Shown: positions 36,500-47,004, numbered from the stretch's first letter. The stretch: 64,000 bases of DNA from Candidatus Thorarchaeota archaeon (GCA_011364905.1 RDNZ01000002.1:102910-166909), one strand, 5' to 3'. A program made the numbers and translations. Notes: generated by a model not told the origin, from the letters alone.

Positions 36500-37252
36500 A
36501 TGCTTACGCAACTCGAGACTCAACTGATTGCGGCTCACAAAGAAGCAAAGGGAATGGGCATGGTAGATGTCACCCTACCGATTCAAGTGATGTTCAGTAA
36601 CACCGACAGGACCATCCTCAAGGCAAGACTAAGATACCATGGGTCAGACAGGGATGCAAGTCTGATCATGATTGTTGGACTGAGAAGTGAAATTCTTTCC
36701 CCATTTCAACGGTTTGAAACTGATAGAAAAGGGAGATACCTTCCTTGTGACATTCTGGGTATTGTTCCAGGAATGGCTTTGATGGTCACATCAATCAATA
36801 CAGGACTAGCACTTACAGCAATAGCCAAAGATGACGCCACAAGACTCGTTCTTGTTTTCGAGGGAGTTTCACAGAGAAAAGGTGGCAGCATGAAAGCTCT
36901 ATCTGCATCGATTCAAAATTTCTTCAAACGCTGGGATGAGTGGATTGATGTTCTCCTTGGAATCATTCAAAGAGACCCCTTAGTAGCAGAATGGTCAATT
37001 GATTGGAGAGAATACCTTGCCGGTGAGTCGGGTTTTACATTGATGAATTGGTTCAAGCCCATGTCATTCTCAGAACGCGAATTGGCATTGCAGAGAGTTG
37101 TAGCAGCTTCAAAGGCGTTACTAACTTCAGTACTAAATGCACAGCAGCTGAGAGACCCCATGATACTTGGTCTAAAGGAGTGGTTGGTTGACCTTCAACC
37201 TTTACCGGAGGTCCTTAGAAGTGTTCAAATCAGCGAGGAGGTGGAAATCTAG
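36500..37252 (+). CDS. Hypothetical protein (family Y-like)
   Basis: Long ORF abutting the next gene; weak similarity to 23246..23833. Confidence 0.8.
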   Translation: MLTQLETQLIAAHKEAKGMGMVDVTLPIQVMFSNTDRTILKARLRYHGSDRDASLIMIVGLRSEILSPFQRFETDRKGRYLPCDILGIVPGMALMVTSINTGLALTAIAKDDATRLVLVFEGVSQRKGGSMKALSASIQNFFKRWDEWIDVLLGIIQRDPLVAEWSIDWREYLAGESGFTLMNWFKPMSFSERELALQRVVAASKALLTSVLNAQQLRDPMILGLKEWLVDLQPLPEVLRSVQISEEVEI

Positions 37253-37720
37253 GTGCAGGTTGATGATTTTATTCGAAGTGCGCCCCGAGTACCATTAAGC
37301 ATGCCTCAGGTTGCTTGGCTTGCAGGCGCAGCTGCAGGACTGAAGATAGCACCTAACAGAAGCCCTAGCTGGTTATGGGAAGACTTCTTTGATGACATCT
37401 ATCAGATGATTCGAGTCGCGGGCGATGTTGAAGCAGCAGAACCTGGAACATCACCCAAATATGGAGATGGTCAGATTGGTTCAGCGTATGATACTCTGGG
37501 TGGGTATGTCAGTGTGACTGGCGAAGTCACTCCAGAGGGACTCTATTTTCGGGTACCGTTGTCCCGCCAAGAAGATGTCCTCAACCTCTTGAAAGGGCTC
37601 ACACTGATGCGGTCTCATGGGGAGATTGTCATCCCAATCTTCGACCTACCAGCCTTCTTGAGGATGGTCCCCCTAGAAGGACCGGTTTCCGAATGGCTAG
37701 AAGAAGAAGAAATACCATAG
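37253..37720 (+). CDS. Hypothetical protein (family X), paralog of 25337..25777
   Basis: GGAGGTGG RBS; AWLAGA, FF, AEPGTSPK, TLGGYVSVTGE and VPLEGP are shared with the paralog. Confidence 0.85.
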   Translation: MQVDDFIRSAPRVPLSMPQVAWLAGAAAGLKIAPNRSPSWLWEDFFDDIYQMIRVAGDVEAAEPGTSPKYGDGQIGSAYDTLGGYVSVTGEVTPEGLYFRVPLSRQEDVLNLLKGLTLMRSHGEIVIPIFDLPAFLRMVPLEGPVSEWLEEEEIP

Positions 37721-37775
37721 CGAAAGTGAAGGCGCTATAAGATTTGACCCCCGTTAGAACAATGAGATTGTTCAT

Positions 37776-39707
37776 TTAAGAGACCCATGGGTCAAGAAAC
37801 TCATTGTCTTTGTAGATTCTCTGGAAAGCAGTCATCATATAGCTCTTATAATATCGAAGTCGTGCCGTGAATGCTTCTGATGTAATTCTGTCTTTTTTGG
37901 AGCCTTGTGTCAGGATTGTCCTAATCTTTGCTCCAACAAGATCCGTCTTGAACTGAGGCAGCCTGATTAAAGCAACTAGGTCGGTTCCTTCATTTGTGTA
38001 GGCGCGAACATAGGGAATTCGATTTGTGGCCCAGTCCAAGAAAAAGTCCCTTAGCTGTTTGTCTCGGAATTTCGCACCTACAATCATACCCTCTGGTATT
38101 CCGCAGAACTCTAACGCAGGTGTGTAAAGTAGTCGAAGGACCTTCATTTCAAGCAAACGTCGAAGATACCGTCGTGCAGTCTGCAGTGGAAAACCTAGCT
38201 GGCTCAACATCCACATTCTTGATCCCTTTAGTCCTTGAAATGCCAATAGTGGACCTAGAAGATCCACCTCTCTATTGGTAAGATGGGTTTGTCGGCGTTT
38301 TTGCTGTGTTTCTCGCTTTAGCCATCCCTTGCTTCGACGCCTTGTTGCACTGTCCTCATCCCAATTGGGCTCAGTCCATTGTTGCGTATCTGCGTTGAAA
38401 AGATCCATTCTTAATGAGACGAGTTCAGAATTGGCAGTTAATTGAGTCGAACCCATGGGCAAATCTTCAGAAGGACCCAAGCTTTCTTGAGGCTCGATAT
38501 GGATTGTACATCCTTCAAAGTTGGATTCAGAGAGCGCGAGTCTCTTAAGAAGCGATTCAGTGACGAGCTTTTGCCTCTGCCTCTCCGTGAAAATGAATCG
38601 ATATTTCAATCCTAGCAAACTCATCGTGGGAATGTATCGCTCAGTAAGGACCAGTCCCAATCTCTGAAGAATATAGTGAGACATACGCCTTTTGGTACCA
38701 GTCACCTTCTCGACGTCAGCCGCTGTTGGCCGATTTGCCATTTCGACATTAGACAAGTATTGACACATTTTGACGAGGGGCTCAGACTCCAGGATGTTAA
38801 TATTGCCACGGAACATCTTCAGCATCTGTTCATGTGTCGTGGCTGTCGGACCATCAGGTCTCAAAGCATGCACATTCCATTGAGTCAAGCTCACGGGTTG
38901 AAGATCTGGCTTTTTTCGAACTTCAATCTCCTTCAAGACTTTTGACGCGAGTTGGTGACGTGTTTCAGAAATAACATGCCTAGTCGATTCTCGATTATCA
39001 CTTAGTTTCTTTAACCACCCTGCTATGATTTCATCTGCAAGAGGATCTTGTTGCACAATTCCCGTTCCTATCGTTTTATCCTGGATGAGCATTTCTTTGA
39101 GTGATGTCTTAATCTCCTGTATTTCATCAATGGCATGTTCAATATCACAATCTGATATCAGCAGGTTGTGAATCTTATGAAGGCAATCAACTCTCCATTC
39201 CTCAACCTTGATGGTCCACAGAGGAACTAGCCATGCAGTTTCTTCTCCAATTAACCGAGAAACATAATGCAATGTGAAAAGAGCGGCAGATAGAGAATCA
39301 AGTCCTTCAGGAACTAAAGGCCATTCAAGATCACTTGGCACATCATCAAGAACGAATCTAGCGAAAGCGTAAGAGAAGACATCTTTCTCCATACTATTCA
39401 GGTTTGAAGGAAAAAGCGAAGAAACTTGCTTGCGTAAAGTCGAGCCAAATGGTTTCATGGGTCCAAGAGTATAGGGAACACGATCATACCCGAGAGTTCT
39501 TATGAGCGAGGCTTGGCTGCTGGTGGAATCGGGAAGTTTTCGCAGATTGAAAACTTCTTCAAAACGATCTTCATCCAATATCGCGTTTTCCACATCCCAA
39601 GCAGATGAATCAGCAATGAGGTGTCGAAGGATACTGAGGTCTTCAACCATTCGTCCTTTCCGTAACCAATCTACTGTGACTCTAGCTCTGTTTGCCATCT
39701 TAACCAC
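37776..39707 (-). CDS. Large protein with C-terminal wHTH and AsnC/ferredoxin-like modules; putative regulator
   Basis: HTH-like TAADVEKVTG and MLSQLGFPLQTARRYLRRL followed by a beta-alpha-beta domain; the LFN-x5-W motif is shared with 40516..42504. Confidence 0.6.
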   Translation of the reverse strand: MVKMANRARVTVDWLRKGRMVEDLSILRHLIADSSAWDVENAILDEDRFEEVFNLRKLPDSTSSQASLIRTLGYDRVPYTLGPMKPFGSTLRKQVSSLFPSNLNSMEKDVFSYAFARFVLDDVPSDLEWPLVPEGLDSLSAALFTLHYVSRLIGEETAWLVPLWTIKVEEWRVDCLHKIHNLLISDCDIEHAIDEIQEIKTSLKEMLIQDKTIGTGIVQQDPLADEIIAGWLKKLSDNRESTRHVISETRHQLASKVLKEIEVRKKPDLQPVSLTQWNVHALRPDGPTATTHEQMLKMFRGNINILESEPLVKMCQYLSNVEMANRPTAADVEKVTGTKRRMSHYILQRLGLVLTERYIPTMSLLGLKYRFIFTERQRQKLVTESLLKRLALSESNFEGCTIHIEPQESLGPSEDLPMGSTQLTANSELVSLRMDLFNADTQQWTEPNWDEDSATRRRSKGWLKRETQQKRRQTHLTNREVDLLGPLLAFQGLKGSRMWMLSQLGFPLQTARRYLRRLLEMKVLRLLYTPALEFCGIPEGMIVGAKFRDKQLRDFFLDWATNRIPYVRAYTNEGTDLVALIRLPQFKTDLVGAKIRTILTQGSKKDRITSEAFTARLRYYKSYMMTAFQRIYKDNEFLDPWVS

Positions 39708-39783
39708 TTATGAATTTGGCTCAACTTATCAATATAGGATACAAAGCTTAGGAGCTTATTAGCATAGAGCAACACAATAGTCT

Positions 39784-40377
39784 ATGAGGCAAAATCAGTT
39801 AATCTTGGAATATTCGTCTCCAGTACCAGATTATTCTGCACCATCCCTTCAGGAAACACTAACTGAGAGCTTATGGGATACAGCAAAGGATGAGTCTCTA
39901 CACATCTTATTGCGAGAGCCAGCTCTTCTTGAGTTGGCAAGGAGGCGAGAGCCAGGAATTCTTGCCTATTGCGACAGACTTCTGTTCGCTGATGATCAGG
40001 AGCAGTGGTTCTCCGCATTGAAGGTGCTGGAAACACTGAATACATACGATGCAGCTCAAAGACTACTTGTCATATGCGGCTGCTCAGGGACTGAGGATAG
40101 AAAAATCGTTATGAATGCCATTGCGCGAGTGCTGACCACCGCTCATCAAGAGGGTTTTAGAAGAGTTCTACGATCAATGATCACGCCTGGTGTACTTGAT
40201 GTGACCGGGTGGTCACCAACAGCCCTCCGCGTGCTTAAGTCGGTATGCATCGAGCAGAGAATAGAAGTGGAAACATCTATTCACTCGCTTGCTCAATCAT
40301 TCAAGCAGGACGAATCCAAGTTGGCAGACACTACGGCCACGAATTTCAAGGTGCAAAGTAGAAAAAGAAGGCACTGA
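39784..40377 (+). CDS. HEAT/ARM-like helical protein
   Basis: Helical pairs (ALLELARRR, ALKVLETL, AIARVL). Confidence 0.6.
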   Translation: MRQNQLILEYSSPVPDYSAPSLQETLTESLWDTAKDESLHILLREPALLELARRREPGILAYCDRLLFADDQEQWFSALKVLETLNTYDAAQRLLVICGCSGTEDRKIVMNAIARVLTTAHQEGFRRVLRSMITPGVLDVTGWSPTALRVLKSVCIEQRIEVETSIHSLAQSFKQDESKLADTTATNFKVQSRKRRH

Positions 40378-40515
40378 TAATTCGCCCCCCCTCATTGCAA
40401 ATTCAATTGTCAACGCACAAAGAGCGCTAGTACTTCTGGATATTCACTGAGTGTTCAAGCGGCGATAACGCAAAATCTGTCTGTAACGCTCATTAATACC
40501 GCAATGAATTACGAA

Positions 40516-42504
40516 CTACAACTCACTCTTCGGTGGAAGACGAACTTGACTGAGAAGACCTGAAACATCATCATCCCAGGATCCATCATTCATTAAAAGG
40601 CGAGAATAGAGGTTGTTCCTATATCCAGCATATGCAGAGATTTGAAAAGCACGAAGAGAGATATCGGTTTCATCTGCAGCTTCTGTGATTGTCGAAGCAA
40701 AACTGAAGAAATCGTCATCCGGAATCCTTGAAACAATGACACTTGAATGTCCAGCATTTGTAATTCTAACTTGAGTGCTGGGAGCATGCTTAAGAAAGGC
40801 CCGAGAGATCGAATAGACATTCTGAGGCGGACCATCAACCATTAGGCACAAAGACCGTAAATTGGCCATAATAAGAAAGTATTGAAGTGAAAAAACACCA
40901 TTTGCAGCCATAGTTTCTAACTCTTGCTTTATTATTGAATTATCAATGTCGTAGTAGTTGGCATAGAGGTTGCTTTCCAAATTACTAAGATACATCCCCC
41001 ATGAGATCAAGTCTAATACTCTGGCTTGTTGCGTGGAAAGATGATAGTAATGTTCTTTTTTGCTGCAATGAAACTCGTTTTCCAATTGCTTCAGGCTCTT
41101 TCTCCCATGCACGGAATTTGCGAGAAGAGCTGTATTTAGCCTCCACCTCCGTTTTTCAATATTGAACAAATTTGCATTAAGTGTACTAAACTCCCAATCC
41201 ACTTTGTGAAAATTCGGAATCACTCGACATGTCTGTTCGTAAGCTGAAGGTGGCATCACTAGAACTTGAATATAGTATGGTTTTTCCATTGCATACCCCA
41301 AACGAGCTGACCACTCAAGGTGTTTGTGCGGCCACCTATGGGCAGCTCCGATATAAACAACAGGAATCAGACCCAAGACTGTCTTGTGAACGTGGCCTCT
41401 CATGAAAAGACCATGATTCACTAGAGCAAATCGATCACTCCATGCTATCCTGCTTTTTTTCGCATCCTCTTTCGAAATAGGAAGTTTCGTAGATATTTCC
41501 CCATTTGCTTGAAGATCCATTGCATATTTCACAACACGATAAGTCCAATCAGGAAACATTTCCGCAAGTTTGAATTCAACAAGGGACCACGGATCAGATT
41601 CAACGACTTCAGATTGCGGCCTCTTTGCAAGTTCCAATTGGCCTTTATCAGCCAGATGCATGACTCTCACATATTTTGGAGGCTCAATATCATCAAGCAA
41701 GCATTGCAGGTGCCTTCTTGCAAGCTGTTGAAACACTCCAACAGATCTATACTTCTTCGCGAAGTCAATAGGGTCTTCATCCGGAATCTTAGCTGATTCA
41801 AGCCAAGCCAAAAAAGCAAGTACTTGTTTTCTTATATCAGGTGAAAAGGAACGTGGGACTAATTGGTCCAGTGTATCGCCCATTGTCTCTCCTATAACCA
41901 GATTAGGTACTGTCACGCCAGTTAGTAGTTTGGAAAGCGTAGACCAGGAGGGAGATTTCTCCTTTAGGAGGTCGAAAACAGGTTCCTCAATAGAATCACT
42001 ATAAAGAATATTCTCAAGCACCGTCAGGTCACGATTCATCAGCAATATAGCTGACTCATAAGATTGGACAATTCCAAGAAAGTAGAGTTCATTCGATATC
42101 GTATTGGCTATGGATAGAAGTTTCCTATCTTTGTCAATGAGATTCTGAATCGTGAAAACTGATTCATAACCACTTTCTACGACATGCGGCAACCACCCGC
42201 CAGTGCTAGGGGGATACATTTCGAAACTACTTGACTCATCAGGATCATAATTCAGGACGACAGAAACTTCAGGCGTGACAACAAACAACTGCTTTGAATC
42301 CATGCAGTCATAAAAGTCCAACTGCGAACTTTCAGAAAAACTGAAAGCCATATATTCTGATTCTTGAATTTCATCGCGGTTGTCCATCTTAATGTAAGGA
42401 CCATCCTTACGGTAGTGCAATATAGCTCGTTTGACTTCACCAGACTTTCTATAAAGTTTGACAGATAGTTCATTTGGTTTTGTGTCAGCTGCTCTTGCCA
42501 TCAA
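40516..42504 (-). CDS. Large protein with C-terminal wHTH and AsnC-like module; putative regulator
   Basis: HLSTQQARVLDLI...IIKQELETMAANGV followed by a ferredoxin-like segment; the C-terminus parallels 37776..39707. Confidence 0.6.
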   Translation of the reverse strand: MMARAADTKPNELSVKLYRKSGEVKRAILHYRKDGPYIKMDNRDEIQESEYMAFSFSESSQLDFYDCMDSKQLFVVTPEVSVVLNYDPDESSSFEMYPPSTGGWLPHVVESGYESVFTIQNLIDKDRKLLSIANTISNELYFLGIVQSYESAILLMNRDLTVLENILYSDSIEEPVFDLLKEKSPSWSTLSKLLTGVTVPNLVIGETMGDTLDQLVPRSFSPDIRKQVLAFLAWLESAKIPDEDPIDFAKKYRSVGVFQQLARRHLQCLLDDIEPPKYVRVMHLADKGQLELAKRPQSEVVESDPWSLVEFKLAEMFPDWTYRVVKYAMDLQANGEISTKLPISKEDAKKSRIAWSDRFALVNHGLFMRGHVHKTVLGLIPVVYIGAAHRWPHKHLEWSARLGYAMEKPYYIQVLVMPPSAYEQTCRVIPNFHKVDWEFSTLNANLFNIEKRRWRLNTALLANSVHGRKSLKQLENEFHCSKKEHYYHLSTQQARVLDLISWGMYLSNLESNLYANYYDIDNSIIKQELETMAANGVFSLQYFLIMANLRSLCLMVDGPPQNVYSISRAFLKHAPSTQVRITNAGHSSVIVSRIPDDDFFSFASTITEAADETDISLRAFQISAYAGYRNNLYSRLLMNDGSWDDDVSGLLSQVRLPPKSEL

Positions 42505-42648
42505 TATGAAGCTGGTTAACAGTCTTATTTATCCTGCTACAAAATAGCCAATACGGATTGAATTGAAGAAAGGCACAACCAGAATCGCAGTCTAAAGCTT
42601 CATTACGATACAAGCTTAATCTTGAGTTCTAAAATGGGGATAAGAAAT

Positions 42649-42703
42649 TCAGTGACTGACAGAGCAGTCACTGATCCCTGAATAGTTAAAGGAATTTAAC
42701 TAT
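42649..42703. repeat. Two adjacent perfect inverted repeats
   Basis: TCAGTGACTG-acagag-CAGTCACTGA (42649-42674) and ATAGTTAAA-ggaa-TTTAACTAT (42682-42703). Confidence 0.7.
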
Positions 42704-43328
42704 AGTTTACCAAGGCTCGATTGGGGGCATAGCTGGCCCACAACAGTCTGTGTAGGACTCAAATTGAGATCTGGGAGATTTATGTATTTCATCGAACTGA
42801 TTGACTTTTTCATTCTTCATGGTTGTTCGGAATATAATGTCGAACAGCCGCGAGAAATCAAACGCAAAGATACAAGCTAATTGGACAACAAAAAGAGACA
42901 GTCTTCTGCATGAGGATGGCTTGAATCCCTCATCAATTCTGATGTCTTTATTAAGGAATGGCTTGAACAGGAGATAATATATCATATGCAATAATGTTTC
43001 ACATGTATCGAGCTACCTGTTCAACAGTAAGTAATATACCAATCAGGGATTGGGATCTTTTGACCTAATTAGTGGTGCTTATCAATCCCGTGATGGATTA
43101 GATTGTATCTTCAACTGACGGGGCGAGTCTTCATGAGTGAGTGTTTGTATAACATCATCGCAGCATTGAAGGAAAGTCCACTATCTACGTGTCCCATCTA
43201 ATCCTCCTAACATTTAGAAGTCATCTTCGGTTCTTGAGCCAAATGCTCAACAATGTCAACCTAGTTTGAATGACAATAATTCAAATACCGCCTTTCATAT
43301 AGCGCTTTCAATAGGGTGGCGAGAAAGC

Positions 43329-44393
43329 ATGGTCCGGATTGCGCATATATCAGACTCACATCTTGGCTGTTCGATGTTCCAACTTGTAGAAAGGAAAGAA
43401 GATGCACGGAGATGCTTTGAGAAAGCAGTTGACATGGCTGTTCGGAAGTCGCCGGACTTGATTATTCATACCGGAGACTTGTTTCACGATTCCCTACCTC
43501 AGAACGACGACCTGAATTTTGTGATCAGACTGTTCAAGAAACTGAAAGGTAAAGTCGACCTATTTGTACTACAGGGCAATCATGACCATCCATACGGATA
43601 CCGGTATAGCCTTAGTCCACTGATTGGTTTAGAAACCATGGGTCTAATCATATCCACTGGAGAAAAAGCCTATCGCGGAGTCAAGGTGACATACGATGGA
43701 AGACCAGTAGAGATCCATCTTCTATCTTGGGCTTCTGAGAGATTCCTAGAGAGTGTGTTGCATAAAGTTCAGCCAAAAGAGGACATTGCGCTCTTCTTTG
43801 CACATGACCTTCCCAATAAAGACAACCTCCCCGTATCCTTCGATTACTTTGGTTGCGGCCATAAACACACATTCAATCTTGATGAAGAGAATAATGTAGG
43901 AAGGCCCGGATCGACATGCTATGTTAGATGGGAAACTGAACATAAAGGTTCCAAGAAACTCATTGTTGTCGATGTAGACTCCTCTGGTTGCGAATATGAA
44001 ACTCAGAGTCTCAATGATGTGAGAGGTTTCAAGTTCGTTCCTCCAGTAAACATCAGCCAGATGGGTCCAGAGCAAGCAGACAGGGCAATCAAAGATAGTA
44101 TAGACAAACTTGCGCCTAAGGAGAAATCAATCATAATTCTCCAAGTTAATGGGATAGTTGACCCTGAAACCGAGAGGAAAATGGATAGGACCAAAGTTCT
44201 GCAGTACGGTGAGAAGAAGCACAATCCACTATTCTTGCATATAGCTGCGAATTGGCGTTGCAGCGTCCCTAAAGAGATTAAACTCTCACAACCCTTGGAT
44301 GTTGAAGCATCAGTAGAAGAGTATATGGACTTCACAAAGGATGAGATGGGAACCCGTGTAAAAGCAATGATGCACAAGATGTTGGGAGGGTGA
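43329..44393 (+). CDS. mre11: Mre11/SbcD-family metallophosphoesterase nuclease
   Basis: HISDSHLG, GDLFH, GNHD, GHKH and PGS motifs; C-terminal capping domain. Confidence 0.9.
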   Translation: MVRIAHISDSHLGCSMFQLVERKEDARRCFEKAVDMAVRKSPDLIIHTGDLFHDSLPQNDDLNFVIRLFKKLKGKVDLFVLQGNHDHPYGYRYSLSPLIGLETMGLIISTGEKAYRGVKVTYDGRPVEIHLLSWASERFLESVLHKVQPKEDIALFFAHDLPNKDNLPVSFDYFGCGHKHTFNLDEENNVGRPGSTCYVRWETEHKGSKKLIVVDVDSSGCEYETQSLNDVRGFKFVPPVNISQMGPEQADRAIKDSIDKLAPKEKSIIILQVNGIVDPETERKMDRTKVLQYGEKKHNPLFLHIAANWRCSVPKEIKLSQPLDVEASVEEYMDFTKDEMGTRVKAMMHKMLGG

Positions 44394-45685
44394 AAGTAGT
44401 GATTCGAAAACTCAGAATGACTGATTTCAAGGTATTCCAAGATCAAGAATTCGATTTCAGCCCGGGTACAACCGCGATAGTAGGACCAAACGGATCAGGT
44501 AAGACTACAATCCTTGAAGCTATCGAATTCGCTCTCTTCAGAAGCGTTACGAGAAAGGAAAAGTCTGTGAAACGTCTAGAGGAGCTTATCCGCCACTCAA
44601 GAAAGAAAGCCAAGATTCAGCTAGAGTTCATTGCTCCCCTTAATAGAAGAGAATACCGTGTTATTCGTACAATTCATCCTGGTGAAACGAACGCAGACTT
44701 GTTCTTAGCCAATAAGCATGAACCTGAAGTTAGCGGGCCCACGCGTGTGGACCAGGAGATTGTGAAACTACTCGGAATGACAAAGCATGCATTCTCAGCT
44801 CTCACGTATGTGAGACAAGGCGAGATTTTCAAGCTTTCGCGAGATACACCAGCAAAACGAAGATCCGGCTTATACAGCATGATGGGATTGGAGATTTACG
44901 ACAAGAAAAAGAAAACCGTCGATAAAGAACTAAAGAGCATGAAAGGCGAAATGGAGTCCATTGATTTGACTAGGACTCGATTGGAGAGCATTCGTGAGCA
45001 TCTTCCAAATCGTGAGGAACTTGATTCTGCAATCAGTGCGATAGATAAAGTAGAGAGAGAAGTAGGAAAAAGAGAGGAGTTCGAGCAGTTTAGAGGTGTA
45101 GTCGAAAAAGTAAGTAATTCCCTAAGCACAGTCAACGATGAGCTTTCCTCACCCAGACTATCACGCAGGCCAGTCGAGATTAAAGAGGAAACTGAAGTGG
45201 CTGAGCATTTGAAAGCCCTCTTGGACACTATTCCACATGTTGCGGAGAACCAATTGAGGCCATACATACGAACTGAAGCTCGTTCAATCTTCACAGAGAT
45301 CTTTGGTGATCGATATAGCGACCTATTCATTGATGATGACTTCGAGGTTTGCCTTTTTGACCTTCAGGGGAACAAGGTTTCTTTGAAGGCAGCATCTGGA
45401 GGCGAAGATGTGTGCGTCAACTTCGCACTTCGTGTGGCTGTCAACACCGCACTGCAAAAGTATTCCACTGCGTCAAACCCGCCTGGGCTAATAATACTGG
45501 ACGAACCAGGCTCCGGACTTGATCAGCAAAGACGTAGATGGTTACCAGAGGCTATCGCAGGACTAGAAGTTGTTGAGCAGGTAATAGTGGTGACTCATAT
45601 GGACGAGCTGAAAGAGTCTACAAAACAGGTCATTTCTCTGACACCACAGGGAAAGGGAAGACAACCGCTTGTTGAGGTTGATTAA
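44390..45685 (+). CDS. rad50: Compact Rad50/SbcC-family ABC ATPase (short coil, no Zn hook)
   Basis: GPNGSGKTT, YVRQGE, ASGGE signature, LDEP and VTH; only 431 aa; no CxxC. Confidence 0.85.
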   Translation: MKVVIRKLRMTDFKVFQDQEFDFSPGTTAIVGPNGSGKTTILEAIEFALFRSVTRKEKSVKRLEELIRHSRKKAKIQLEFIAPLNRREYRVIRTIHPGETNADLFLANKHEPEVSGPTRVDQEIVKLLGMTKHAFSALTYVRQGEIFKLSRDTPAKRRSGLYSMMGLEIYDKKKKTVDKELKSMKGEMESIDLTRTRLESIREHLPNREELDSAISAIDKVEREVGKREEFEQFRGVVEKVSNSLSTVNDELSSPRLSRRPVEIKEETEVAEHLKALLDTIPHVAENQLRPYIRTEARSIFTEIFGDRYSDLFIDDDFEVCLFDLQGNKVSLKAASGGEDVCVNFALRVAVNTALQKYSTASNPPGLIILDEPGSGLDQQRRRWLPEAIAGLEVVEQVIVVTHMDELKESTKQVISLTPQGKGRQPLVEVD

Positions 45686-46869
45686 GCATCATCAAAGATT
45701 GATTGGCGATCTTCGACCTTTTCACCTTTGGAAATCAGACTTCGAAGCTTTAGAGCTATCTTACGATTTCCCAGCGCAATCCCGCCGACAACGACATCAT
45801 CCTTAAAGACTGCTTTGAAGTATTTTCCGTTCTTGATATCAACTGATATTTTGGTCTCGTATTCAGGAGAGTCGGGATGAACATTCCCCATACTTGTGAG
45901 GTCGATTCCAACGACCTGCAGTTGATTTGATGGAGTGATTCCATCGAATTTGTCGCTACCAAATTCCATCATATTCCGAGCAGCTATTCGTGCAGTGGCA
46001 GTCGCCCAGGGTATAATCCCATACCATTCGTTATTCCACTCCGCACAGTCCCCAGCTGCAAATACACCCTTTGCAGAGGTTTGCATATGCTCATCGACAC
46101 TGATGCCATGATGATAATCAATCCCCGAATTCTTAGCAATGATAGTATTGGAGCGAACCCCGGTTGCAATGACAACCAAGTCTCCCTCAATCTTATCACC
46201 CTGTTTGGAGATGATTCCAGTAGCATCCCTATCACCAGTAATGGCTTTACACTCAAACCCAAAGAGAACCTGAATTCCACGCTCCTCAATCTGCTTTGTC
46301 AGAACCTTACTACCTTCAGCGTCAAGTTGGATTGGGAGAAGATGCTTAGCGAAATCGACCACAATAGGATCGCCTCCAATCTCCTTCATTGCAGCAGCCA
46401 GTTCAATTCCAAGAATCCCCCCACCTATGACAATCTCTCTACCGGCCCCTTTCACAGCCTCCCGAATATCTAGAGCGTCATCAAGTGTCCGGATAACATG
46501 AACATTGTTCTTGTCGAGACCTTCAAAGGGAGGAATGAAAGGTCTGGAGCCAACAGCAATGAGTATTGAATCGTACTTACCATAGTCGTCACCTGTCGAG
46601 ATGATTCTCAGTTTCTGGGTATCAATCTGAAAAACGGGCGTAGAGAGGTAAAGATTGACATCATTCTTCTCATACCAATCAAGATCGTATCTGATTGTTT
46701 CTTTGATTGTACGACGATTTGCGACAAGGTCAATCAGATATGGTCGGGGGTAATACGGATGTCGCTCATCAGTAAAGAGATCAATCTCAATCGACTTATC
46801 CTTGCTTCGAATCTCTCGAATGGCTGTTGTTGCTGCAACACCATTGCCGATTATAGCGAGCCTAGTCAT
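45682..46869 (-). CDS. FAD-dependent NAD(P)H oxidoreductase (rubredoxin-reductase/NirB N-terminal type)
   Basis: IIGNGVA, IAVGSRP, IGGGILGIE, ATGVRSN and FAAGD. Confidence 0.9.
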   Translation of the reverse strand: MTRLAIIGNGVAATTAIREIRSKDKSIEIDLFTDERHPYYPRPYLIDLVANRRTIKETIRYDLDWYEKNDVNLYLSTPVFQIDTQKLRIISTGDDYGKYDSILIAVGSRPFIPPFEGLDKNNVHVIRTLDDALDIREAVKGAGREIVIGGGILGIELAAAMKEIGGDPIVVDFAKHLLPIQLDAEGSKVLTKQIEERGIQVLFGFECKAITGDRDATGIISKQGDKIEGDLVVIATGVRSNTIIAKNSGIDYHHGISVDEHMQTSAKGVFAAGDCAEWNNEWYGIIPWATATARIAARNMMEFGSDKFDGITPSNQLQVVGIDLTSMGNVHPDSPEYETKISVDIKNGKYFKAVFKDDVVVGGIALGNRKIALKLRSLISKGEKVEDRQSIFDDA

Positions 46870-47004
46870 GTCTTGTTTCTCCTCTGAGTCAGGAGAGGTT
46901 CACCCCCTTATTGAGTATGTCGCAATGTCTGTAAGTTTCAAGTGAGAACTCATACGTCACACTTTTTTAATAGCAGGTCATTCGCTCCCGTTGTGAGCGA
47001 GCGA

